Positions 1-8,265 of a stretch of 64,000 nucleotides of DNA are shown here, piece by piece. The first letter of the stretch is position 1; each line of letters begins with the position of its first letter. The stretch lies in NCBI GenBank assembly GCA_949299545.1, contig CASGAM010000020.1:56432-120431 (forward strand), read 5' to 3'. The position numbers and the translations under genes were made by a program. The notes below the pieces were generated by a model, which was not told the DNA's origin, made no database searches, and saw only the letters and a list, made by a program, of their open reading frames with translations. This DNA is from an uncultured Prevotellaceae bacterium. Lineage in GTDB: Bacteria > Bacteroidota > Bacteroidia > Bacteroidales > Bacteroidaceae.

Positions 1-849
1 CAGTTCTCCATGGATTGCTTGCTGTTTGATTGTTGTCTTTCCATGTAAGGTTGAAATGTTGGTTGTCAATTTGATGTATCATGCTTTTTGAGCGACCTTC
101 GACAATGAATGAATCTGATGATAACGCACATAAATTGCCGCTGAAAAATAATAATCCGGGGTCGCGCCTGCCAATCAAAGCCAACGTTAAAGTTGACTTA
201 TGACCAATGAATTTATAATGTGGTACAAATTTTGTTGTTTTAAAGTTGATAAAAGCTGAATCCCCTTGATACTGTAACGCCCAACATCCTGTCATGTCAG
301 AATCTTTTCCTTTTCCGCCGTTTGCCAGATTTGATGTGCCTATTACAATTAAGGCTATTGATATACATACTGCCCAAAATTGGAGAGTCTTATTGTCTTT
401 TTTATCTTTATTCATGAATAATATTCTTTTCTTCAGTGAGGAATGATTGTAATTAGACTTTATCATGATCCATTCACTGTTCCCGGCGTATGTCAGTACG
501 AGGTTAATCTGATACTGTTCCCGGTCATACCCATGGTTTAGTAAATCATCATCCACTTCCAATTCCTGAAGCAGTCTGATTGATTTAAAGAACATCCATA
601 CAAAAGGGTTATACCAATTTATAATGACAACTGTTTGCATTATGAGTAACTTCCAATAATGGCCATGCTTGATATGGCTCTTTTCGTGGGCGACAATGAA
701 CTTTTCTCGCTCTTGGTTTGCATTTTGGGGAATAAAAATATTATTGGCGTAAGAAAATGGCTGGCCATTGGATGGGAAATATGTATTGATGCACTCTGTC
801 TGTTCTTTTGGTTCAGAGCGTTTGCGAACTTTTTCAAGATATAAAAGTT
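1..849 (-). CDS. M56 family (BlaR1/MecR1-like) metallopeptidase, N-terminally deleted; runs off the window edge
   Basis: Manual translation (absent from the ORF track because it has no stop in the window): PFSYANNIFIP...IVAHEKSHIKHGH...WYNPFVW...ELEVD...SNYNHSSLKKRILFMNK, then a hydrophobic helix. HExxH at 688-674. Confidence 0.85.
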
Positions 850-1100
850 GCAAATACAAACGTGTGTATTCCTTCTTGCTGATCAAAAGGGAAAAACGAA
901 GCATTTTTCCTACATTCTTAGATTTGACCAATCCTTTTTCTTTTAGGACTCGCAGGAATGTCGCCAATGTCGTATATGCCCGGCTTTGGTTCAGGATATT
1001 CTTTCAACATGTCGTTTATAAAGCTGCTTTCTCCTGGCAAGCGTCAAAGGATATCCATTACTTGTAATTCTGCCCGTGTTAAATATCGTGTATTTCTCAT
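850..1100 (-). pseudogene. BlaI/MecI/CopY family repressor pseudogene
   Basis: ATG at 1100: MRNTRYLTRAELQVMDIL*, with TGA at 1046-1044 where the family has Trp. Continues RLPGESSFINDMLKEYPEPKP, one extra base at ~979-981, then AYTTLATFLRVLKEKGLV...LISKKEY. The C-terminal dimerisation part is missing. Confidence 0.85.
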
Positions 1101-1225
1101 TATTACTGATTAAGATTTTAACAATAAAGTTAAATACCATAAAAATAAAATCCAAAAGATGTTTTTAAAAAGGAATTGGCATTGTTATTTATTAACAATC
1201 TTGGTTTCTTATTAGAATAAAGTTC

Positions 1226-1255
1226 TTTGCGTAGCATGATTTTACATTATCTTTG
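1226..1255 (+). promoter_or_regulatory. Bacteroidetes housekeeping promoter for hemW
   Basis: TTTG (1226-1229) and TATCTTTG (1248-1255) match the -33/-7 consensus, just upstream of the ATG. Confidence 0.6.
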
Positions 1256-1284
1256 TAGCTGTTTGTCCATCTAAAAATTCCAAT

Positions 1285-2490
1285 ATGGCTGGTATTTATA
1301 TTCATGTACCTTTTTGTAAAACGCGTTGTATTTATTGTGATTTTTATTCTACGACCCAAATCAACAAAAAACGAGCATATGTGGAAACGGTTAAGCGTGA
1401 GTTGGTACTTAGAAAGAACTATCTTCGCAATGAAGAACTTGAGCGTCCGTTTATTGATACCGTCTATTTTGGAGGAGGAACTCCGTCACAACTTGATTTT
1501 GGAGAGATAGAAGATATCCTTTCTTGTATTTATAAAGAGTATGCAGTGTCTCCTAATGCAGAAATTACTATTGAGTGTAATCCAGACGACCTGAATGTTG
1601 AAGCCTGCAAACGACTTAGCGTATTATTTAATCGTTTCAGTATTGGAATACAATCTTTTAATGAGGGCCAACTTCGATTCATTAAAAGAAGGCACACTGC
1701 AGAGCAGGCAATCGATGCCGTTAAATGTTGCAAAGAAGCTGGCATTCATAATATCAGTGTAGATCTGATATATGGTTTCCCACGGCAAACAGTGCGAGAA
1801 TGGGAAGCAGATATTGAACAGGTGCTAGAGTTGCATGTTCCGCATATTTCAGCTTATGCGCTTATTTATGAAGAAGAAACTTTGCTTTGGAAGTACAAAG
1901 AACAAAATATAGTGTCGGAAATAGATGAAAATTTAAGTATAGATATGTATAATAGCCTTATTGACCATCTTAAGGCAGCTGGTTATGAACATTATGAGAT
2001 ATCCAATTTTGCAAAGCCGGGTTTTATATCAAGGCATAACTCAAGCTATTGGAGGAATGTTCCTTATCTTGGTTGTGGCCCTTCCGCCCACTCTTATGAC
2101 GGGAAAAGTAGACAATGGAATATTGCTGATGTTGATTTGTATATTAAAGGTGTAAATTCATGCTTTTGTGCTGAAGATATGACAAGTGCGCAGTGGTTTG
2201 AAAGAGAAGAACTCGATCTTTATACACGGTACAATGATTTCGTATTAACGACTTTGCGTACGATATGGGGGATGGATCTTGGATTGTTGGAAGTTAATTT
2301 CGGTCGACAACTTACAGATTATTGTTTAAAGATGGCTGAAAAGCATCTTCGAGCCGGCACTTTAGAAGTTGAGATTGTAGAAAAAGGAAAAAATAAAGAG
2401 CAAACCTCAAGAGGTTTGCTCAAACTGACAAGGCGCGGCTTGTTTCTTTCTGATGGTATTATCAGCGACTTGTTGTATATAGACGACTAA
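1285..2490 (+). CDS. hemW: Radical SAM heme chaperone HemW (HemN-like)
   Basis: IYIHVPFCKTRCIYCDF (CxxxCxxC), YFGGGTPS, YEISNFAK, HNSSYW. Confidence 0.93.
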   Translation: MAGIYIHVPFCKTRCIYCDFYSTTQINKKRAYVETVKRELVLRKNYLRNEELERPFIDTVYFGGGTPSQLDFGEIEDILSCIYKEYAVSPNAEITIECNPDDLNVEACKRLSVLFNRFSIGIQSFNEGQLRFIKRRHTAEQAIDAVKCCKEAGIHNISVDLIYGFPRQTVREWEADIEQVLELHVPHISAYALIYEEETLLWKYKEQNIVSEIDENLSIDMYNSLIDHLKAAGYEHYEISNFAKPGFISRHNSSYWRNVPYLGCGPSAHSYDGKSRQWNIADVDLYIKGVNSCFCAEDMTSAQWFEREELDLYTRYNDFVLTTLRTIWGMDLGLLEVNFGRQLTDYCLKMAEKHLRAGTLEVEIVEKGKNKEQTSRGLLKLTRRGLFLSDGIISDLLYIDD

Positions 2491-3164
2491 TAAGCCATTT
2501 CCTGATATGTGATCTCATAGAAACACGGGTATACATTTGTTGATGCATCCGAATGTCCTTGAGTGTGTGGGACGATTAACCTGACCTTAGATATTTCGCG
2601 GTCGTCTATCTGTCTGCCAATATGGATATATGTAAAAGGAACTAACCAGCCTGATGGAACAACTGTAGAACCGTAGTAGTTATACATAATTCCGCCTCCA
2701 TTTATGGATGTATTGAAAGAACCTTTAAACGTTCCGTATGTGTTGGTGACATCCATAATGTCTGGATACATGGTGGAACTGTTTGATTGTACTTCGTCAT
2801 TCAGTATGTTATATTCCACGTAACGGCATATAATGCTTTTTGTCTGGCCGTTCAGTAACTTACTGCCTACACCTTTCCTGACGATTTGCATATATATGCC
2901 GGTATTTTCAAATACGACATATTCATTGTTTTCTACATTTGTTATACTATCCTGAAGATAAAATTGTTCTTCACTAATAACATTAATATTACCGACATGG
3001 ATTAATGTATCTCCTTCCAATACAATGGAAACATCACGTTTAAGGAATGCATTAATTGCTTCACGTTCCTTTTCCCGTTGCTCTGCATAAGTTTCTTCAT
3101 CGTTGCAACCTTGTAAGGCTGGTATCATGCAAAGAAATGTAATAAAATAAATGATTTTCTTCAT
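2487..3164 (-). CDS. DUF4827-like lipoprotein
   Basis: Likely start MKKIIYF (3164), lipobox LQGC, ETYAEQREKE, GWLVPF, VRLIVPHTQG, PCFYEITY; usual neighbour of the DHH gene. Confidence 0.8.
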   Translation of the reverse strand: MKKIIYFITFLCMIPALQGCNDEETYAEQREKEREAINAFLKRDVSIVLEGDTLIHVGNINVISEEQFYLQDSITNVENNEYVVFENTGIYMQIVRKGVGSKLLNGQTKSIICRYVEYNILNDEVQSNSSTMYPDIMDVTNTYGTFKGSFNTSINGGGIMYNYYGSTVVPSGWLVPFTYIHIGRQIDDREISKVRLIVPHTQGHSDASTNVYPCFYEITYQEMAY

Positions 3165-3177
3165 ATTTTTATCATAA

Positions 3178-4215
3178 TTATTCATTTGATAACAATGGAG
3201 CATATTTCTTTAATGCTTCGTCGACAACGCGTTCTGCTTTCTCCATATCGCATTCAAGAACACCACCTGCAGCATTCAAATGTCCTCCTCCATTGAAAAA
3301 TTCTTCTGCCATTTTGTTGCAGGGGAAATCGTCTACAGAACGAAGTGAAACACGTATGGTACCATTCTCCGGGTTTTCGCGTAAAAAAATAGATAATTTG
3401 TTTCCTTTTATCTGTAATGGTATATTGACAAATCCTTCTGTATCTCCTTTCTTGAAAGCGAAACGTTTCTGTTCTTCGTAAGTCAACGTCATCAGTGCAG
3501 TTCGAAATTTAGAGAAGGCTTTCATTTTGACATAAAGTAGATATCCCATTAACTGGAAGCGGCCGACAGGGTAATTATAATAAATTTGACGATAAATTTT
3601 ATCTTTATCAATGCCTTTTGATAATAAGGCTGCTATTGACATATAAATCTCGCTTCTGTTTGAATTGTAAGAAAAGCAGCCAGTATCCGTCATCATACCT
3701 GTATATAGACAGGTAGCTTCCTGTTCGGATATATTATCCAACGAATCAGTTTGTATAAACAAACGAAAAAGCAATTCGCAAGTTGCACACATCTCTGGGT
3801 AGGATATAGCAAGTTCAAATTCATTGGAAGGATTGGGATGGTGGTCGAGCATGATCTTGGGAGCCTGCAGACCCTTGACAGTTTCCGAAAATATGTCAAG
3901 TCGTTTCAGATCATTGAAGTCTAAGCACATAACCAAGTCTACATCTGACAAAGCGGATTTGACTTCTTCCGGTTGCTTCTCAAATATCATCACTTCTTCC
4001 GAACACGGTAACCATTTTAAGAAATCCGGAAAAATGTTAGGCGTAACGGCTGTTACCTTTTTGCCTTTTCTCTGTAAAAATTGTAAGCAAGACAACATTG
4101 CTCCTAATGCATCGCCGTCCGGTGAAACATGGCATGTCAACAACACATGGCGAGCTTTTTCAGTCATATGTTTGAATGCTGACAATTCTGTTTCGGATAA
4201 TATATTGCTTAACAT
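3178..4215 (-). CDS. nrnA: DHH family phosphoesterase (NrnA-like oligoribonuclease/pAp phosphatase)
   Basis: HVSPDGDA, LDHH, TDTG, C-terminal GGGHLNAAG (DHHA1). Confidence 0.9.
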   Translation of the reverse strand: MLSNILSETELSAFKHMTEKARHVLLTCHVSPDGDALGAMLSCLQFLQRKGKKVTAVTPNIFPDFLKWLPCSEEVMIFEKQPEEVKSALSDVDLVMCLDFNDLKRLDIFSETVKGLQAPKIMLDHHPNPSNEFELAISYPEMCATCELLFRLFIQTDSLDNISEQEATCLYTGMMTDTGCFSYNSNRSEIYMSIAALLSKGIDKDKIYRQIYYNYPVGRFQLMGYLLYVKMKAFSKFRTALMTLTYEEQKRFAFKKGDTEGFVNIPLQIKGNKLSIFLRENPENGTIRVSLRSVDDFPCNKMAEEFFNGGGHLNAAGGVLECDMEKAERVVDEALKKYAPLLSNE

Positions 4216-4264
4216 GTGGATTATTTAATTAGATGACAAATATACGAAAAAAGTCAGTAAGCAC

Positions 4265-6415
4265 TCATTTTAAAGGAACTTTTAACGCACCCTGCTCTGC
4301 TATATCATACACTTCCCAGCCTAGGTCTTTGCACTCTTTTCGATATGTCATGCGTTCCTTCCAAGACAATGATGCATCCAAAATGATCATGTTCGTTGAG
4401 AATTTTTGACTTATGGATAATAATGAAGAATGAATACCATGGCATAGAAAAATGTAATCCACATGGCAAATATTATCTTGATTAACTTTGTCCCAATTGT
4501 TGTCGTATAGCATCAAAACAGATACGGAGTCGGTTTTGATTAGTCCGTTAGAGTAAGATAAATAGCTATCCTTAAAGTTCTGTCTTATGACTTTAGGAAA
4601 GACCCTTAATCGTCGTTTCCAGAAAGTTTCTGCAATTACTTTCATTCCATTGCTTGTATTGTTTGGCGTCGGTGAAATAAGATAAGAACGCTCAGAAGAA
4701 TCTATTATATGAAGCGCCGGACAAGTACTGTTATGGTAGAATACTACCATGGGAGATATCTTGCGAGTATCTTGTAGGATAACAGTACAAGAAATGGCAA
4801 AAACAAGCAGGATTACTCCATATACATAGTGTGAAAAGTCAATGCCATTCTTACATATCCACCATAATATCAGTGAGTAAATCAAGATTACAAGTGTTAT
4901 TGAGGGATAAACCTCAACAGTTGCGTATGGCCATTGTGCTAAGACGTTTAAAATAGCATGCTGCACTTTTATTATCTGTGTAACAATTTCAAACCACCAT
5001 TCGAAATAGCCTGTTGGTAAGAACGATGCTAAGACCGATAAAGGCATTGTGCATAATAAAAGAGAGATAAAAGGTGACAATAATAAAGTGGCGACCGCAG
5101 AATAAAGGGCAAATGTATGAAACAAATATGCTATCAATGGCGCCGTGGCCAGTTGGGCTTTAAAAGACATTATCAAACTTTCAGAAATAAAGCGGAGTGT
5201 TTTTCGATTTTGAAGTTTATCCGGTAAATGTAGTGATCCCAAACCGAGAATTCCACACATAGCCAAAAAAGAAAGTTGGAAACTGACGTCAAAAAGCCAC
5301 ATTGGCTTAATGCATAGCATTAAAGTTGCTGCAACAGCAAGTGAATTTACGCTGAAACCTTTTCTTCCTAAGATAGAACCCAACAGCATTAGGCTGTACA
5401 TCAGTGATGCTCGTATAAGTGATGATGGCAATCCGGCTATGAAACAAAATGTCCATACAAATATGAGGGCCAGCATGCAACCCATAATATAGGCGGGGCG
5501 GTTATGAGTATAAAACTGTAAGAATACACCGATAAGCATAACTAAATAGCACAGATGTAATCCAGATAAAGCTAACACATGGGTAACTCCAACAGTTGCG
5601 TAAATGTCAGACAGGTCGTCCGGCATGTCAGATCGGTCACCTAATGTCAAGGCTGAATATAATGCTAATTCGTTACCCGACAATCCACTTTTAGCGTAAT
5701 TCTTTATGAATAACTCACGACAATGTAATGCTTTCAGTCTTAACTGCAAGAAGAACGGCAGATTTTCAAGTGAATTTTTTTCAGAATAGATATTCCAGCA
5801 TCCGTCCTGCCATAAAAACACTTGTCCGCAAAAACCTTTGTTTTGCATGTATTGTGCATAATCAAATTCATCCGGATTGCCGTGGTTGGAAAATTTATTG
5901 ATTTTCCCTGTAAAATGAATTTTATCGCCTGCCTGCAACCTCAAAGCCAAAGAATCCTTTTTTATTATAAGTAAAACTTTCTGTGGGGTGATATCTGTAT
6001 ATGCTCGTCCTGATTGAACTACAAGTGCTTCGCAAAATACACTTCGACTTTTAATTTTCGGGGAAGAGTATGCCACACCATGATAAATGTTTTTTTTATC
6101 GGGAAGTACGACTTGGGCCTGTTTCCATGAGAATAAAAACGACAAGCATCCATAAAAAAGAAAAAATAAAGACAGGAAGTAAACGAAATAACATGTTTTG
6201 ATGGTTCCATTTATTCTTAAATGCTCATATGTCATCGCCAATGCGGACACTATGATTCCTGTCAAAAGAACGCCGACTGCAGTGGAAAAATATTGAAGTA
6301 GCAATTCTTTAAAAGACGACACAATCTTGTCACCTAAGACAATGCCGCATATCAAGGGTATCACTATCTGTAAAAAAGGATACCTGTCAATTTGTTCTTT
6401 GAAAGAAAGTTTCAG
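4265..6415 (-). CDS. comEC: ComEC/Rec2 family competence protein
   Basis: NPDEFDY, ALTLGD, HVLALSGLH, SFQLSF, many TM helices. Start is either GTG 6364 or CTG 6415 overlapping the rpe stop. Confidence 0.9.
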   Translation of the reverse strand: MKLSFKEQIDRYPFLQIVIPLICGIVLGDKIVSSFKELLLQYFSTAVGVLLTGIIVSALAMTYEHLRINGTIKTCYFVYFLSLFFLFYGCLSFLFSWKQAQVVLPDKKNIYHGVAYSSPKIKSRSVFCEALVVQSGRAYTDITPQKVLLIIKKDSLALRLQAGDKIHFTGKINKFSNHGNPDEFDYAQYMQNKGFCGQVFLWQDGCWNIYSEKNSLENLPFFLQLRLKALHCRELFIKNYAKSGLSGNELALYSALTLGDRSDMPDDLSDIYATVGVTHVLALSGLHLCYLVMLIGVFLQFYTHNRPAYIMGCMLALIFVWTFCFIAGLPSSLIRASLMYSLMLLGSILGRKGFSVNSLAVAATLMLCIKPMWLFDVSFQLSFLAMCGILGLGSLHLPDKLQNRKTLRFISESLIMSFKAQLATAPLIAYLFHTFALYSAVATLLLSPFISLLLCTMPLSVLASFLPTGYFEWWFEIVTQIIKVQHAILNVLAQWPYATVEVYPSITLVILIYSLILWWICKNGIDFSHYVYGVILLVFAISCTVILQDTRKISPMVVFYHNSTCPALHIIDSSERSYLISPTPNNTSNGMKVIAETFWKRRLRVFPKVIRQNFKDSYLSYSNGLIKTDSVSVLMLYDNNWDKVNQDNICHVDYIFLCHGIHSSLLSISQKFSTNMIILDASLSWKERMTYRKECKDLGWEVYDIAEQGALKVPLK

Positions 6416-7068
6416 GCGTGGATATTTTTCAATATGTTAATTTCTTTTATAGGATCAGATGCTTTAAAAACGGCACTTCCTGCAACAAGTACATCCACAC
6501 CAGCCTGACATAGTTGCCTACCTGTTTCCCTGTTAACGCCGCCATCTACTTCAATCAATGCTGTGGCACTGCGCTCTGTTATCATTTTGCGCAATTCACG
6601 GACTTTGTCTAAAGTGTGCATAATGAACTTTTGCCCACCAAAACCAGGATTGACAGACATGAGCATAACAAGATCTACATCACAAATAATGTCTGATAGC
6701 GTGCTTACAGGTGTTGCCGGGTTTAGTGTGACACCGGCTTTCATGCCGGCTTCCTTGATTTGTTGGATAACCCTATGTAGATGAGGGCAGGCCTCATAAT
6801 GTACATTCATGGTAAATGCACCAAGACCTTTCACTTCATTGATAAACTTTTCAGGTTGTACGATCATCAGATGTACGTCCAATGGTTTTTTGCAAAGCTC
6901 TGCTACATATTTTAGGACAGGAAAACCAAATGAAATGTTCGGTACAAAAAACCCATCCATAATATCTACATGTAACCAATCGCAGTCACTTTTGTTTATC
7001 ATCTCCATATCTGTCCTTAAATCGGCAAAGTTTGCTGATAACAAGGAAGGAGCAACCAATGTCTTCAT
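6412..7068 (-). CDS. rpe: Ribulose-phosphate 3-epimerase
   Basis: APSLLSANF, HVDIMDG, DVHLM, MSVNPGFGGQ, EVDGG. Confidence 0.97.
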   Translation of the reverse strand: MKTLVAPSLLSANFADLRTDMEMINKSDCDWLHVDIMDGFFVPNISFGFPVLKYVAELCKKPLDVHLMIVQPEKFINEVKGLGAFTMNVHYEACPHLHRVIQQIKEAGMKAGVTLNPATPVSTLSDIICDVDLVMLMSVNPGFGGQKFIMHTLDKVRELRKMITERSATALIEVDGGVNRETGRQLCQAGVDVLVAGSAVFKASDPIKEINILKNIHA

Positions 7069-7091
7069 AGCAAAATATAACTATTCCTATA

Positions 7092-7099
7092 CAAAGGTA
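7092..7099 (-). promoter_or_regulatory. -7 promoter element for rpe-comEC
   Basis: TACCTTTG on the minus strand just upstream of the rpe ATG. Confidence 0.5.
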
Positions 7100-7139
7100 G
7101 CAAAAACACTTGATTTTGTCAAGTTCTGCTACATTTTTA

Positions 7140-7277
7140 TCAAACTTCTTTCAAAATCATGCGAGCAAAATCACCATTTGTATTCTCTACTTCATGATAA
7201 TTTCTTGCAAAAAGTTTTAGGAAAGCGATAGCTTTTCTTGAAGGACGCAAAGTTTCTTTTGGTAACATAAGATCCAT
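7140..7277 (-). CDS. Small protein (45 aa) downstream of the ECF sigma
   Basis: Manual translation MDLMLPKETLRPSRKAIAFLKLFARNYHEVENTNGDFARMILKEV; AT-rich upstream; below the ORF-track cutoff. Confidence 0.6.
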   Translation of the reverse strand: MDLMLPKETLRPSRKAIAFLKLFARNYHEVENTNGDFARMILKEV

Positions 7278-7341
7278 AGGCACACGTTTTTTAGTTTAAA
7301 CGGTGTCTGTGCTTTTTTATTATGCTTTTAATCCTATATTT

Positions 7342-7935
7342 TTATGAGATAGCTAGATAAATATTATGAGTAGTTGCCATTCTTCGAAGATTGAGCAAGG
7401 CATAACGCATTCTTCCAAGAGCTGTATTTATGCTGACACCTGTAACTTCCGCTATCTCTTTAAAAGACATCTCCTGATAGTAACGCATATAGACGACCTC
7501 TTTTTGGTTTTGGGGTAGGTTTTCTACTAAGGCTTTTACGTCGTTTAGTGTTTGTTCCTTGACCATTTGGATTTCAACATTTGTTTCTGTCAGTTTTGCA
7601 TTGTTAAATAAGTCGTATGATACATCTTCGTTAGAAACACAATTTTCATTTTTATTCTGTCGGAAACAGTCTATAATCAAGTTATGCGCAATTCTTGTCA
7701 GCCACGCGTAAAACCGACCGTTGGCCGTATATTTGCCTTGTTTGATAGTAACAATGGCTTTCATGAATGTTTCCTGGAATAAATCATCTGCAACGTCCCT
7801 GTCACGGACTATAAAATAAATATATGAGAACACACGTTGCTCATATCTACTCAACAATATATCAAATGCTGAATTATCACCTTCGGCATAAAGTTCAACC
7901 AACTTGTCGTCAGTCAACTTAATTGTACTCTTCAT
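7342..7935 (-). CDS. ECF sigma-70 family RNA polymerase sigma factor
   Basis: Region 2 DDLFQETFMKA...WLTRIAHNLIID; region 4 LPQNQKEVVYMRYYQEMSFKEIAEVTGVSINTALGRMRYA. Confidence 0.95.
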   Translation of the reverse strand: MKSTIKLTDDKLVELYAEGDNSAFDILLSRYEQRVFSYIYFIVRDRDVADDLFQETFMKAIVTIKQGKYTANGRFYAWLTRIAHNLIIDCFRQNKNENCVSNEDVSYDLFNNAKLTETNVEIQMVKEQTLNDVKALVENLPQNQKEVVYMRYYQEMSFKEIAEVTGVSINTALGRMRYALLNLRRMATTHNIYLAIS

Positions 7936-8185
7936 TTTTATGTTAATTTATAATTATGAAGTAGAATTTTCCGATAGGCTATAATGTTTAAAGGTTATTA
8001 TTACTTAGGCAAAGTAAAGCTATTTTTTGCATACATACAATTTATTGCCACGAAAAATAACGGCAACATCAGTTTTTTATGTTATAAAACAGTAAAAATC
8101 CATGCGTACAGTAAAAAATAAATATAATGCTGCAACATGAGAGAGATGTTTTAAGTCGGCAATTTTTTTATGAATATTAATAATG

Positions 8186-8233
8186 AATAAGCAAGATGTA
8201 CCTTTAGGGGATATTATGGTACATCTTGTTATT
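8186..8233 (-). terminator. Stem-loop downstream of the GH127-like gene
   Basis: AATAAGCAAGATGTACC ... GGTACATCTTGTTATT inverted repeat. Confidence 0.55.
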
Positions 8234-8265
8234 ATCTGTTTGTTAATTCGCATGTTGCGCTGTAT

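Noticed and set aside
1044-1046. TGA-to-Trp recoding
   Set aside because: TGA is a normal stop elsewhere (e.g. rpe, PBP1A), and the same gene also has a frameshift, so pseudogenisation is simpler.
2487-2490. Overlapping stop codons of convergent hemW and DUF4827
   Set aside because: Common compact arrangement with no further signal.
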